Below, in pieces: positions 1 through 13,043 of a DNA stretch of 64,000 bases (positions are counted from its first letter, which is position 1; the number at the start of each line of letters is the position of its first letter). The notes beneath the pieces are model-generated. The model made no database searches, was not told the DNA's origin, and saw only the letters and a list, made by a program, of their open reading frames with translations. Position numbers and translations under genes: made by a program. This stretch comes from Psammoneis japonica (lineage: Eukaryota), in assembly GCA_008632985.1 (NCBI GenBank), contig QPGO01000011.1, forward strand, positions 186,001 to 250,000, written 5' to 3'.

Positions 1-591
1 TTTGCAGATCCCTCCAACGCCTTTTGAACCGTCAATTCGAGTGATTCTTTGGAATCCACAGGTGCCGAACCCGCTATCCATCCTTCACCCGTTCCTGTGC
101 TGCCAGAAACAGCGGCGGAATTCAATGCACTGGAACTTTTACTGTTTTGTACAGGTACAAAGGCAAAAGCCTCATTTGTATTGTAAAATGTCACGAATGA
201 CAGCAAAGCCAGGGAAGCAACCTTCATGACAAAGCAGGAAAGAGACGTTGATGTGGGAGAGAACAATCGAAGAGAGAAGGGTGATGTGTGTGCGTTGTCC
301 TTTCAACAATGTTGGTCCTCTGCTTGGTTTGTCGCTCGGCATCATCGGGCGGAACTTCGAGCGAACTTCAACTTACGTACCACGAATGCTGCATTCTGAT
401 TGGTGGAGGCAAAGTAAACCCGGAAGTTGAGGTTCTGTTTTTGTCTGGCCGTCATCGGTATCTAACACAAAAAAGCACACAAGCCCAAACTGCAACATGT
501 CTACCCTTTACCGCATTACTTTTTTTTTTCAGATCAAAAAATCTGCGGTCGAAGCAACATCTTGCTTCACTCTTCACTTTTGCAAACGACC

Positions 592-1311
592 ATGAAGACG
601 CCCGAGTCCGTTCTCAAGAAGCAAGCCACACAGGCCAAGATCGCCGAGGCCAAGGACGCTGCTGTTAAGGCTGCTGCCACCAAGGCTGAAGCTGACGCGA
701 AGAAGTTTGTCGCCAACGCTGAAAAGTACGCTGCTGAGTATGCCGCTGAGGAGAAGCAGGCGGTGGACAATCGTCGCTCCGCCAAAGCTCAGGGTGGTTT
801 TTATGTTCCTCCCGAACCCAAGGTTGCGCTTGTGATTCGCATTCGCGGTATCATTGGAGTGTCTCCCAAGGCTAAGCGTGTGATGCAGTTGTTCCGTCTT
901 CGTCAAATCCACAACGCCACCTTTGTGAAGCTCAACGAAGCTACGATTCGTATGCTTCGTTTGATTGAACCCTACGTCACGTACGGATACCCCACAAGAG
1001 CAACGATCGAGAAACTTGTTTACAAGCGTGGGTTCGCCAAGCTCAACAAGCAACGCATCCCTATTGCGGAAAACTCGGTGATTGCCGAAGGTCTGGCCAA
1101 ATACGGTATTGAATGTGCTGCCGATCTCATCCACGAGCTCTACACGGTCGGTCCCAACTTTAAGCAAGCCAATAACTTTCTATGGCCCTTCAAGCTCTCG
1201 AGTCCTGTTGGGGGATTCTCTTCCAAGACGAAGCTTTTGCACTTTATGGAAGGCGGAGAAGCTGGTGCGCGGGGAGAAGAAATCAACAAGCTCGTCAAGC
1301 GCATGCTGTAG
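592..1311 (+). CDS. RPL7: 60S ribosomal protein L7 (uL30)
   Basis: PESVLKK start, FYVPPEPKVALVIRIRGI, LFRLRQIHNATFVKLN, ANNFLWPFKLSSP and GARGEEINKLVKRM are all L7 hallmarks. First ATG at 592, TAG at 1309-1311. Confidence 0.97.
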   Translation: MKTPESVLKKQATQAKIAEAKDAAVKAAATKAEADAKKFVANAEKYAAEYAAEEKQAVDNRRSAKAQGGFYVPPEPKVALVIRIRGIIGVSPKAKRVMQLFRLRQIHNATFVKLNEATIRMLRLIEPYVTYGYPTRATIEKLVYKRGFAKLNKQRIPIAENSVIAEGLAKYGIECAADLIHELYTVGPNFKQANNFLWPFKLSSPVGGFSSKTKLLHFMEGGEAGARGEEINKLVKRML

Positions 1312-1388
1312 ATTTCAGCACCCAATCTCAAGGTGTTTACTAATAGTAAATATACTCGATTAACGGAAACAAAACGTTCCGATACCCC

Positions 1389-1527
1389 CGTTACGACACC
1401 GCGTGGTGGAGGGGGCGGTCACCCTTTCTACTCAGAGTAATCTTTTTAGGTTTGGTGCTTCCTCCTTTGTACGTCTTGTGTATGTGTCGTACTCGTAATT
1501 AGATTCAGGGTTAGTTCAGGCCTGACA
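1389..1527. mobile_element. Possible solo LTR remnant
   Basis: Begins (c)GTTACG and ends CTGACA, resembling copia LTR termini TGT...ACA. No convincing target-site duplication. Confidence 0.2.
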
Positions 1528-1685
1528 CACACCGCGGAAGACAAAGCTCTTTATTTCTCTTCTTACGTAGCACAACGTTTGATGTCCCCAGAATATCCGA
1601 CAATTAACCGGTCTTAAACTTCTTAGATGCCGTACACAGTGTGCAACCATCATGCAGGTGTCTTCTTTCGTTCTCGCCAGATGTC

Positions 1686-1890
1686 GCTGAAGATTCATGG
1701 ACAACAGCTTCGCAACAAATGTTGCTAGGAATAGATGCATCCGAACCCACACCTGATCAGGACCTGTCTGGACTCACACAGCTGAAGATTCATGGATGCC
1801 AGCTTCACAACAAAGATCACTGGGAATGGATGAGACAAGTGGCATCCGAACCCACACCTGATCCGGACCTGTCTGGACTCACACAGTTGC
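1686..1890. repeat. About 100-bp imperfect tandem repeat; related segment repeated at about 3830-4075
   Basis: GCTGAAGATTCATGG...CATCCGAACCCACACCTGAT..GGACCTGTCTGGACTCACACAG occurs at 1686-1784 and 1781-1889. A third core sits at about 3831-3878, and 1970-2070 matches 3970-4070. Confidence 0.85.
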
Positions 1891-2249
1891 AGTGAATTGA
1901 AAAACGGGTGAAGATTCATGCCTGGCAGAACTCACCACAGTTGGTGGCACATTCTCAGATGGAAGCACTCGGAGAAGCTGACATGGCTTGCAGACAAGCT
2001 GGCAGTTCTTCAAAGCAATGCTTGGCAGATGGTTCTTTGGTGATCTGCAGAAAGCAGCTCAGATGCTTTGCTTTGGTGTCTGCTTCATCCATTGTGCTGT
2101 GTCACATTCCTGTGCACAACAACTCCAATCCAAAGCAGTTGAAACAAAAATGAATGTCAAAGCAGGCCAGTGCAAAAGAACCCTCCCCGTGCACAGTTCG
2201 TCCATCATTGTTCCAAGTTTTTCCAATTCCGTCCTCTGCATTCTCAGAA

Positions 2250-2620
2250 TTGGGTGGTGAATGAATTTGTCCTGGCAACACAACAACTCCCAGATAGCCC
2301 CAACACAATTCTCCAGGCGACTGGCAAAGTCATCCTCATTCTTTCCAGCAGGGCCGCATGAAAGGCAAAGAGGCAGCATGCCTGCCTTGTTGGGGCTCAA
2401 CAGTGCCGGTTTGCACTTGTCTGGAAAAAATCGACAGACTCAACTTTGCCGCCCAGACAAGCCTTGTGCAATGGGAGGTCCCCACAATTGTCTGCAGCAC
2501 AGAATGACAGACCATCAGGCTCTTTCCACCTGTTGCCACATTCGTCCAGGGCCCGAGCCTCCAATGGAAAAAACATTGGATGGCCTTTGTCAAATGAAGA
2601 GCTGCCATGGGAGACCATGA
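2250..2620 (-). pseudogene. Decayed ankyrin-repeat protein gene fragment
   Basis: ADNCGDLPLHKACLGGKVESVDF and NKAGMLPLCLSC...GAIWELL lie in adjacent frames and match ankyrin G-x-LPLHxAC repeats. Broken by stops and frameshifts. Confidence 0.6.
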
Positions 2621-5529
2621 GCATGGCCACGGTGATGGCATTGGTGAGAAAAAGGAAGCAAGAGGAAATGAGAGAGCCTGCAAGGGGTGGGATGAAGCTC
2701 CTCTGCTGTGCTGGTGAATGTCCAAAGCTGTGCACTCTGCCTGGCGTGTGTGCTGGTCAAAGATCCATGACCACACAGGCACCAATCAACAAAGAACAAC
2801 ACTCTGCAGGCTTTGCCATGTTGCTTGAAATTGACCTGCCACTTGCACCTGGAAGACTGGTCATGTCAGAACCGGCTCTGACATTTTTTTGCAGATTTCT
2901 GCCCCTCGCCCCACCTGCTGCAACATGTTGACAAAACCCGCCAGTTGTTGAGACTGCGCCAGTCATGGAAGGCTGAAGAGCTCATGATTCTGTGAATTCC
3001 ATGGGTTTCTGGTGCACATGCAGTGACATGGTGCAACCCCATTGGTTTGTTTGGCCACCCCAAAGAAAAGTGCGAGCCTTGCTTGTGCTTTCTTTTTGCT
3101 GTGGTGCCCATTCCTGTCACTGCCACCAGCAGTGTGCATGAATGAGTTCAAAAAACAGTGCTCAGAGGTTGGCCAACAAGCAGCAAGTGTGCTCTTGGCA
3201 CTGACACACACCGCTGCACTGCGCTGGCTCTTTTTGTTCTTTTCTTGCATTGTGCCAATGCTCTCACCCTCTCCTGCACACAGATGGAAATGTTGTTTGG
3301 CTGTGAGCAAGCAGCAGGTGTGATTGACAGAAGTTCCAGTGGGCATTTCTGGGTTTTTTGAGCTCATCTGACTGGCCTGGGAGTCTTTGAGGCTCATCAT
3401 GAGGCAGTGTGCTGAGATTGTCATTTGGAGTTGTTGGAGTCAAGTCACCCAGGAAGACATTCAGGAAAGCATGGCAGCAACACAAGGCCACTCGCTGGGG
3501 CCCAAGCAGCTGTGGCACTCAGTCTCCCAACAGCACCAGAGCAAATGGCAGAGCCTCTTGTCAACTGCTTGTGCTGAAGCAGCAGCAAAGCTTGAGCTTC
3601 ACAGATTGGATTCACATGGCTCACACATGCTGCAGAAGACAACAACAACAACTCTTCTCTTGTCACACTGCAACAATTTGCTGGCAGTGCTTGCTGTCTG
3701 CTGAACAAACAACTGAAACTGCCAGCAAACAAGAGACAGCTTCTTTTGTCCCCATCAGAAGTCAAATTTTGCTGAGTTTCATGGATGCCATGCCAAAGGT
3801 GATGATGAACAGAAGAGACAAGTGGAAGGTGTCTGAACCCACACATGATCTGGAGACCTGTCTGGACTCACACAGTTGTGGTGAGCTGAAAAACAAGTGA
3901 CAACCACGTGCCCAGCAGAGCTCTGGCAACACAGTTCTTGGTGGCACCACTGGTCAGACCAAAGCACTGTGAGAAGCTGACATGGCTTGCAGAAATGCTG
4001 GCAGTTTAGAGCACTTTTTGGCAGATGGTTCATTGCTGATCTGTCGAAAGTGGCTTGGATGCTTTGCTTCAATCTAATTTGTGCACAAAATGCAGCATTG
4101 TTTCCCAGCTGCACAGTCTCGCACAATTGCACCCCACATGCAGGTGACCATGATGAGCTGGTCCCAGGTGTGTGGTGCCACAACCCCCCGGCAGGTGTCT
4201 GCTGCTGTGCACCATCAAAGCTGACCCACCCCAGCCTGCACTGCTGCTGCTGCTTGCAACTCTGGAAATGGCTGGTGGTGCCTTGCCAGGGCAACAACCC
4301 AAATGAGCTGCAGCAAAGTTGATCAAGAAGACATCTGAGCTCACTGCAAAAGAAGAAGAACATTTCAAATGGAGGGGCTGGTCACCACAAATGGATGTGT
4401 GGACTTTGTCAGCAGCACAGCACCTCACATCTGCAAGAAAGAAAATGCAAGCTTCTGCTGCAAGCAAGTGAGGTGTCATCTCCATTTCTCTGTCATTTGC
4501 CCTGCAACAGGAAGCCAAACATCTTCTCCACCAGCTGGAGCCTCGTCATGATGATTTCCTCTCTCTGTGTTTTGAGCATGGAAAGGCAAAGAAGCCATTG
4601 TGTGCACACAAAATGCAGCTGACTTGTCAGGAGGGTCCTGCCCAACTTTCCCAAGTGTGTTGTCTGCACCACAAATGACAAAAAACAAATTTGATGACTG
4701 TGATCCCATGCAAACTCTTTGTGATTTTGAGCAAACTGAGATTGCTCAAAGTCAATCTCTTTGGTTGCTGTCACTTGTTTTCAACAACTTTTTTTTCAAT
4801 GAGCAGCTGCTGCCAAGCTCCAATCAAGACACTTCTTTTGCAGTGTGCTGGCTGAGCAACAACCTTTGTTGCTTGCTTGTGCCACCCAACACAATTTGGC
4901 ACAGTTTTGACTGCTCCTTGTTGCCAGTCCTTCAATGTTGCTTGGTTTGTGCAACAGACCACTCCTTGCCAGCCCCACTGCCTGCAATGCTGGCCCCAGC
5001 AGAGTTGCCAAAAGCCACTCAACTTGATGTGGTCGACACCTCTTTTCCTCCTTCTCTTTTTCCTCTTCGTTGTCAGTGTGGTCTGCACACTCCCTCTTCC
5101 AAAGGCAGCCAGTTGAAGAAACACACAAATGTTCCACTGACACTCTTGAGATGACAGGAGCAAAAGGTCTTGTTGTCTGCTCAACTCAGCAAGGTCTGTT
5201 TTTTCAGTCACTTGCACTGGGCCATGATTGAGAACCAGCTTGATCTGATTGTTGAGCTGCACAAAGCAGTCAATGACACAAGCTGATCATGGTGGGTCAC
5301 TCAATCAACAGAGCCTTTGAATGACAGTGCTGAGATGTGTGCCAGCAGGCCAGCAGGCATGAGTGTTGGCATCTGCTGCTTGGCTGCTCAAAATGAAAAA
5401 CCACCCAGGCAGACATGTGCTCCCCCCCCCATGAGTGGGCCACAAGAAGACTTCAGCAAACTTCTTGAGAATTTCTGGACCTGCTTCATTGGCAGGATTT
5501 TGCCAGCAGCTGTTGCACTTCCAGGTGGG

Positions 5530-5637
5530 GGCTTGACATGGCTGGAAGATTGATTGAGCAGGCATGAGTGCAATGCCACCATTGGCTTGACATGGCTGGA
5601 AGATTGATTGAGTGGGCATGATTGCAACACCGCCATT
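5530..5637. repeat. 54-bp tandem duplication
   Basis: GGCTTGACATGGCTGGAAGATTGATTGAG... at 5530 and 5584. The copies differ mostly at CA/TG/CG sites. Confidence 0.9.
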
Positions 5638-8369
5638 GCCACTTGCTGGGGCGGGACATTGTTGAACTCCATTGTTGCAAAGATTGGTGTGCCTTTGTCC
5701 AGCTTTGCACTTCCACTGGGGGTGGCATGGTTGGATGGACCATCAATGATCAAAGCTGTCACCCAGTGGCACAACACTTGATCATGAAGAGAGTGCTCAA
5801 TTGAGTCAAAACTGCCTTGGAATGATGACGTCAAATGCTGCTGGGAGGCAGGTGCAAATGTCAACCAGCTGGCACCAGTTGCTCAACAAAGAACTGCCCA
5901 AACAAACACCATGGGAGATGCAGTGCTTCCATCCATGAGCAGGCATTGCTGGGCTTGAGGGCAAATTTCCAGCCACCATCTCAAGCAGCAAGGTGGGTCC
6001 ACCCTGGAAGTGGGGCTGCCACCATCAAACACCACACTGCTGGACAGTGATTGGACAACATTTGAAGGCAAGTCAAAAAGTGGGAGCACAATGCAGAAGA
6101 TTGCTGAGAGGCTGCTGGGTGTGGTGCAGAAGGTTGCTGTTTTAGATGGTTTCTTTCACAAAGAGGTCACTGGCACCAGCAGCAAACTCTGTTGTGAGAT
6201 TGGCAACAGGCACCACTTCTTTGCTCAAGTGTGTCACACAACAAACAAGCAGCACAGGAGAAGTGCACCATTCTGTTGCCCTGTTTGCCATTTCCACAGC
6301 ACCACACCAACAGATGCTCAAAACTCCAGATCTTTGGTTTTGTGCCAAGCACAAACAAGAAAATCCTGTTGTGGCAAGGTGCAGCAGACAACCAACTCTG
6401 GGTGCCATTCTTGAGCTAATTTTGCTGTGGAGCAGCATGTGAGTTGCAAATGGCAACAGCACAGGCTTGTCTGGCAATGCAGCCATGCAAATGGCACCAG
6501 GACTGGCCAAACAAAACTGTTTCAAAAATTCATCCATGACATCTGGTGTGCTGGCAAAACAAAGAAGACCTCAACCTCAAGAAAGCAAATGTGGGCCATT
6601 GGCACTGCCACCCTGCAAATCTGGAGTGCTGGTTGAGAAGAGAGCACAACAAGTGAGCAGGGGCAGAAGCACAAAAAACTCCAGACAGTTCATTGCAGCA
6701 CCCAGTTGTGCCAAGGAGGAACAATGCGCGAGCTGAAAGCAGCCTGCTTTCATTGCCTTGAGAAAGGCTTTCTTAAATCAACAGTTCATGGCCAACATGT
6801 CTCCTCTCTCATGAGCCACATGAAGCTGGTTGCAAAATGTCCTTTGACAGCTTGCTGTGGCAGAGCGGGTTTTTTTTGTGTGGCTGGCTTGGCGCCAGTG
6901 GTGGCACCACAAACGTGGGTGCAAAGCACAACGACTCTCAACCACCGCAGTTTGTGTCCATTCTGGCTGTGTTCGTTGCTGGTGCAAGTGGTTCATGGCA
7001 GACCTGAATGCCAAGCATGCAAAAAAAAAAACCCATTGGCGCTCAGCAGGCGCCCCTGCAAGGGGGGACAGGGACAACGGGGCACAGAGCCAGCAAAAGG
7101 CAAAGACCTTGAAGCATCAGCAGTGTGAGTGTGCCAACCTCAGTGGCAGCTGGGGTGCCAACAAGAAATGGCACAGGTTTTTGACTTGTTTTTGCTTGTG
7201 TGAGTTGTCCTGCTCTTTGCAAATCTCAGATGCAAGCTGGGGTGCCCCCCCCCCCCCCCTCCCAAACAGCACTGGGGCAGCCTGGGGGCACTGGTTTGTC
7301 ACATGCTTTGTGAGAAGCCATCCCTCTGATGGAAATGTGCTCAATGAGCTCAAGTGCCACACAGCTTTCCTCCTGTTGCCAAGGTGTCAGAGCCCAAGAT
7401 TTGCTGCCAGGAGCAGTTTGATGTGTGAACGGTGCGAACCCATGTGAAGAAAACAGTCGCACTGCAGTGTGCACTCGAGAGCACGTACGGTACCGTAGAG
7501 AGAGGCGCAAAGATGAATAAATTTTAAATATATAAAACATTCATGTTCTTTTATTTGGAAATATGTTAAGAATCTACAGTGATGTGCGTCTGCAAAGATC
7601 CGACGACTAACCAACGCGCGAACACGCCACACAACAACAAGCATCAAAGAACGAGCGGCTTCACCATGACGCTCGCCGCTCGTATTTATTTGGAAGATTC
7701 GTCATGCCAATACCGGTTCTGACATTTTTGAAAATATCTGGTCCCACTGGAACAAGTTGACGAAACCTGCCAGGCACCAAGAGCACACCAGTCGTGGAAG
7801 AATGAGGACTTTCGGCTCCGTGGATTTTACGTGTTTCTGGTACACGCGTGCAATCCGATGCTGGGATTTCGTTCGCTCTCGATTTGCTCATAATTCTGAC
7901 AATCAACTCAAACTACACGGCAGCGAAATGGGAGAGTTGGTTGTGTTTCTCTTTTGACCATGGCGCTCGTTGCATGGCCATGGGCGTTCTGCGTGCTGCC
8001 GGCTTTGTCGTTGCAGAGTAAGGTACGTGTGTTCTTGTCGTGATTGTGTATCGTGTATCGTGATCGTGTTGCTCCTTTTTGTTTTGTATTTCATCCACTC
8101 ACCTCGCTCTCGCCTTCCTAAACACAGAGACAGAATTATCATTTCCCGTGGTTGTGGGCAAGAAGCGGATACGTGTGACGGAACCATGAGACACTTGTTT
8201 CTATAGGTTGCACGGCGGTCTGTTTTTTTCAAGACGAGGCGATGTACTGATTGTGGTTTGGGATTGAAGTCACCAAGGAGGACACTTTGAAAAGTGCAGC
8301 AGCAATGCGAGGCTACCCATTAGGACTGAGCAGACGTGGTACTCGTTCTCCCAACAACGTTGGATCAAG

Positions 8370-8925
8370 AGACGGCCTCTTGTCGATTGCTCTAACCGAA
8401 GCAGTAGCAAAATCTCGTATTTGAACTTGTTGTGGCTTTTGCTGCCATGGGGCAGCGTGAACGTGGAGGCGGGGTTACTTATTAGGACTTGGATAGACGT
8501 GGCACTCAGTCTCGTAATCCGAGACGGCCTCTTGTCAATTATCCAGACTCGAAGCAGTAACGCGAACTCGCACACGAATTCACAGTACGGAATGTTAGAT
8601 TGCGGGGCCACCTATTAGCGCATGAGTAGATGTGAAGGCTTCAGCCTCTCGTCAATTATTCATAGTCACGAAGCAGTGGCACAACAACTCGCACGCATGT
8701 CCATTGGTTGGGAGAAGAACGAATTTTGCCGCACAGGCAAGGTGGACGTTAGACGGGGCTACCTAATAGGGCATCGGCGGACCAGGCAATCAGCCTTTAC
8801 CGATAGTCACGAAGCAGTAGCGCAACACTCGCCAACGAATTCACCAAGGGGGGCATTACGTCAGTCGTGGGGTTGCCTAGTAGGGCTACCTGTGTGGTAG
8901 TCTCGAAGCAGTAGCTAAAACTCAC
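8370..8925 (+). pseudogene. Degenerate ankyrin-like repeat array
   Basis: GAAGCAGT(A/G) core at 8398, 8551, 8670, 8811 and 8905 with shared upstream GCCTCT..TC(A/G)ATT. Translations SHEAVAQQL, TGKVDV and LLLPWGSVNVEA resemble ankyrin GHEAVV..LL..G.DV. No intact ORF. Confidence 0.4.
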
Positions 8926-9671
8926 CAGATGCCCCCACCTGTTCCACCAACAAGTCCTTCCGAAGAGATGTTTGTTACGACATCCGGAGACCATGTCAGA
9001 TCATTTGAAGGCTAGTACTCGGAATTTTGATGACTCAGTCGGTTCAAGAACTGTGCAATCTATTAGAGGAACAGGGCTCTGCCGTTTCCACCATCTCGGT
9101 TCGCTTTACAGCTCAAGAATTCAGGCTCGCAGTATGGTAAGACGAGGCCGCATCGGACGTCAAGTTGTTGAAACAGAGAGGCGACATCGACAAAAGAGAA
9201 TTCAAGGACCACATTCTAATTCAGACTCACATTGCTATCATGTAAGATGAGTCACTTCGGAAGTCAAGCTTGTTGCATAAACATTGACGAAAGAGAATAG
9301 AGCATTAGGAGCAAAAGGCTCCCATACAAAAATACGAATCATACCTCTCTAGAGAGACAATAAAAACACGTCTCTCATAAAAGGAATAGAAAAAAGAGTT
9401 CCTGAGACATCCACTTGCAGTAGTTTAGTCCTACCTGGTACTTCTATAGCTAGCACAGCAGCTGACAAAGCTACTACCTCTAGGACCCTAAGCGCTTTGC
9501 GCTGGCATTTTCCTTCGTTTCGCTGTGAGCATTGTCGATCTAAAACAATAGGAGAATGCCGGCTGGACCATCGCATATATCAGGACAGCATGTCGGGAGT
9601 GTACCACTATCATAAGATAGCAAAGATAACTGGTTTTCTATTCTTATGCTTCACTCGAAACGAAATACTTT

Positions 9672-12028
9672 CTATTTCGTCACGTAATCTATCAAAATCT
9701 TGTGAAATCGACTGTCTGCAAGTATTTCACGATGTTCCGCCTTGTCAATTTCATGAACCTCAACGTCACACTTGTCTTGCCATGATCGACTATGCTGAAG
9801 ACTCCAGTAAGGCACAGTGCCATCTCCTGATCGATACACTGTATCTCCAGAGCCGTCTGCAACTTTCTGCGGTGTGCCGGGCGATTCCAGAATACAGCCT
9901 TTATCTAGCTTGTAGCCGGGGAATGGGATCAATCGAGCCTCCGCGTCCACCTTGTTAACGTTCTGTACCTTTCCCTTCTTCTGTACAATGTTTCGACGAC
10001 GGTAAACTGCTCCTACCTCCGTTGGAAGGTTGACGCCATAGACAGCTTTGACCTTCTTAACAGGAGGAGCCTCCTCTGCACTGAGAGTGCGTGGACCCAT
10101 TGGGTCCGGTTCATAACAGCCGAGCATTACATCCCGTATTGGTAACAACAACTCGCTTCTAAGGAGTTGTATGCCGTTGATCCTTTGGTAAACGATTTCT
10201 TTGTGTTTCGGGTCTTCTACTTCAAGCCTTGGAGACGTATCTGAAAGCCTTCCAACATGAAAGTTCACTAACGAATCGGTATTCACGTCGTGTTGGGGCG
10301 GGGCAAACTGAACTCGAACGGTGATTTCCGTCGATGGTGTTGTTATGCGCAACCTTCTCATTGTCTTTATCCTCTCGGCGTCAACGAGATCTAGCTGCAT
10401 TTTGAATTCAACCGAAGTAGACACGCTCACTGATTCAGACATGTTTTTCTCATTGCTCTCCGCTAATTTCTTTGTAGAGCCTACTAAAGTAGCAAGCGTA
10501 TCAACCGCAGATGCAGAGAGTCCAACCAAGCCCGATACACTTTCCCGAACTGCAACACACGGAGCATACCTGCAACAGCGTATGTACTCGTCAACATTTT
10601 CCTTGACTTGACTCCACAAAGTTTTCTTCCTTATTTTCCATAGCAGTGATTCCTCCAAGTGCACTTTTAAATGTTGCTTTTCAGCGTTGTGTGGCAAGTC
10701 TGGCGGTGCGGCAAAAGTGAACGTGTCGTCAAATTTCATAATGTAACTGCCTCCATCCGGGGTTTGAAACTGAGAGCGGAGAGTCTTTCCGGCGAATGTT
10801 ACACACAGACGAAGCTTTGGAGGGCGGTCTGCTCCTCGATAAAGACTCTCCACATCAAAAGAACCAATAGAAACGTGTATCACTCCTTCACGCCTCATAA
10901 GGGACAATGCGGGAGCATTCGTAGACGGGAGTTGACCCGGGAAGAGCCACGGAATAGAGCCCCAAGTTCGCGACAGAATTAAAGCTTCTTCCGCTGACAA
11001 GAAAGACTCCAGGCCCATTCTGTCTCCAAGAATGGCCCCTCGCATTGACTTTGGGGCACCAAGATGCGGGGCGCCCACGGGGAAGTATGTATGAATGTGC
11101 TTGTCTAGCCAATCTCGACCTCCTTCAGGGTGCTTTAGCGCAAAATTCAAGAAGTAGTGGCACGCTTTGCATCCCATTGAATGACACAATAGAACAATGG
11201 GTGTATTGCCATTCCTTTGGTACAGGGTCTCAACTTTTTTCATTGTCTTAGTAAAGAAGCCATCTCTTTCTTCCAGAACACAGGGTGGAACCCTCCAATC
11301 GTATGGAGCGGCATCTAGATCAACTCCATTCTCGTATCCATGCTTGGTCAGCACCTCCGTCACGGAGAAGAAAACCTTGTGACAACCGACAGGAAATAAA
11401 CGTGTGAGTAGGAAAGAAAGGACGCCTGAGAGCACAGCCCAAGTAATTCTATATCTCACCCATGACAGAGCCTTGGCCAAAGTACCGCTACCTGGCATTA
11501 GGCAGTTTACCGCATCTAGTCCCTCCATTGGACGCACTTTGATACCGTCAATGTCACTGTGCATGTCTTCCGCAAGTTTCAGATGCTGAATCCACCTACT
11601 CTTACATTCACTTTCCTGCTTGTACCTCTTATGAAGTTCTTCATTATAGTTTTCGCCGTGCTACGTATCGATCAACAAAGAAGAAGGCAAAGTTAAATTA
11701 ACAAAGCATCATGCACGGTCTTCTCAGTCAAGGATAATACAGTACACACCTCCCTGAGTATTTCGTTCGCTTGCAGCGCCGATCCAAAATACAACGACTC
11801 AAAACCTGCTGTTTTTATGTCGAGCCAAACTTGCTGACCCCGCCATCCTTTTTTCGCCTTTGGGGCCCCACCAAACGCTGTATTGGTTGGGTCGTGAGCA
11901 GCGCTTTCGGTGGGTGATTCTACGACTTGAAGACCGGACGACATGAATCCGGGGAAGATCAGAATCGGAAGTCGATCCGAAGATCCGCCGTTTGACTGCT
12001 GCTCACTTTTCTCAGAAGAGCGTTCCAT
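9672..12028 (-). CDS. LCAT/PDAT-family (lecithin:cholesterol acyltransferase-like) alpha/beta hydrolase
   Basis: PILIFPGFMSSGL, APYDWR, CHSMG nucleophile elbow, GDGTVP and EHREIL. GT-AG introns at about 11749-11661 and 11459-11376 join the frames cleanly. Confidence 0.9.
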
Positions 12029-12539
12029 TATCTAGCTAGATTGATTTATTGGTGATATTAGAGAAGGGAAAGAGGTCCACTACAGCGGCTGAATGCAATA
12101 AGGGCGCTTCGACTTCGGAGAACCTGATGAATTGTGGGAAAACAAAACAGAAAACCACGAACCGTGAGTGAGAACTGCGTACTGCTAAATGTCAAACATG
12201 AAAAGCAATAGAAAAAACTTAAACGTTGAGAGCGTACAAGTACCACCACGAGTGAACACAATCAGAATAAGGTGCAACAGGAGTTTAGACTACTAGCGGT
12301 GAGCGGGTTGAAAGCCATTGTGTTTGGAATAATCTTCGACTGACGACTGATACAGTGTAGAAAAGCACGGAGCACGGAACACGGAAAGATCGCGCGACTG
12401 GCTTTTCATCCTTCATACTGTAACCCCTTCAGATGTTAGTCCATTGAATCATAAGATAGAGATTGACCGCGTTGCGTTGGTCGTTGAGCTCATCTTCAAA
12501 ACTCAATGTATCGCATCCTTCCTCTAAATTGCCAGCTGG

Positions 12540-12705
12540 GAAAAATTCAACGCATCCAACGCTTTTACTGTAACTATACTCATTGATTTATATTATTTGT
12601 ACGAAGTATGTTCATTTTCTCAATCGCGGCCCACACTTTCTCAATCGCGGCCCACTCTCAACGCATTCCTCTAATTGTTGGGTAAAAATTCAACGCATTC
12701 CCCCC
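12540..12705. repeat. Short intergenic repeats (possible MITE/element end)
   Basis: TTTCTCAATCGCGGCCCAC duplicated in tandem at about 12617-12655. TCAACGCAT recurs three times. Confidence 0.45.
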
Positions 12706-13043
12706 AATGAAAATGTTTTCAATCAGTGCAAGTGGGCGTCGCAGGCCCGCTCAAGATCGCATGGCATGGTCGTTGCTACACAAGTAATCGCGAGGGTGTT
12801 TTGTCGCTTTAACGTCCAATGATGCAACTTTTTTTAATCCAATTCTCACGCGCTGGAGACCTTGTACAATTATTGTACCGGGCTTTGTGTCGAAGCAAAC
12901 CCCCGGTGCTGGCATCGGCTCGCCTCCAGACCCGTTACACAAGGTTATCGGCGCTGTTGTTGGTATGTCACCCATGAGGCTCATTAACTTTACTTACAAT
13001 CTTAACAATCTTTAAGCATATATACTAGGAGCACTTGTGTAAC

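Larger units (their letters stand above)
1640..7450. other. TpA/CpG-depleted hypermutated block 1 (decayed repeats and gene remnants)
   Basis: Only a handful of TA dinucleotides in about 5.8 kb, few CG, strong TG/CA excess. ORFs are Cys/His/Trp-rich and almost Tyr-free. Confidence 0.9.

Noticed and set aside
1686..1890. Repeats at 1.7 kb, 5.5 kb, 8.4-8.9 kb and 46.9 kb as CRISPR arrays
   Set aside because: Too few units, no unique regular spacers, no cas genes, and a eukaryotic context.
1640..7450. Dense overlapping ORFs on all six frames in the depleted blocks
   Set aside because: This is a side effect of losing TAA/TAG stops. The translations are Cys/His/Trp-rich and not real genes.
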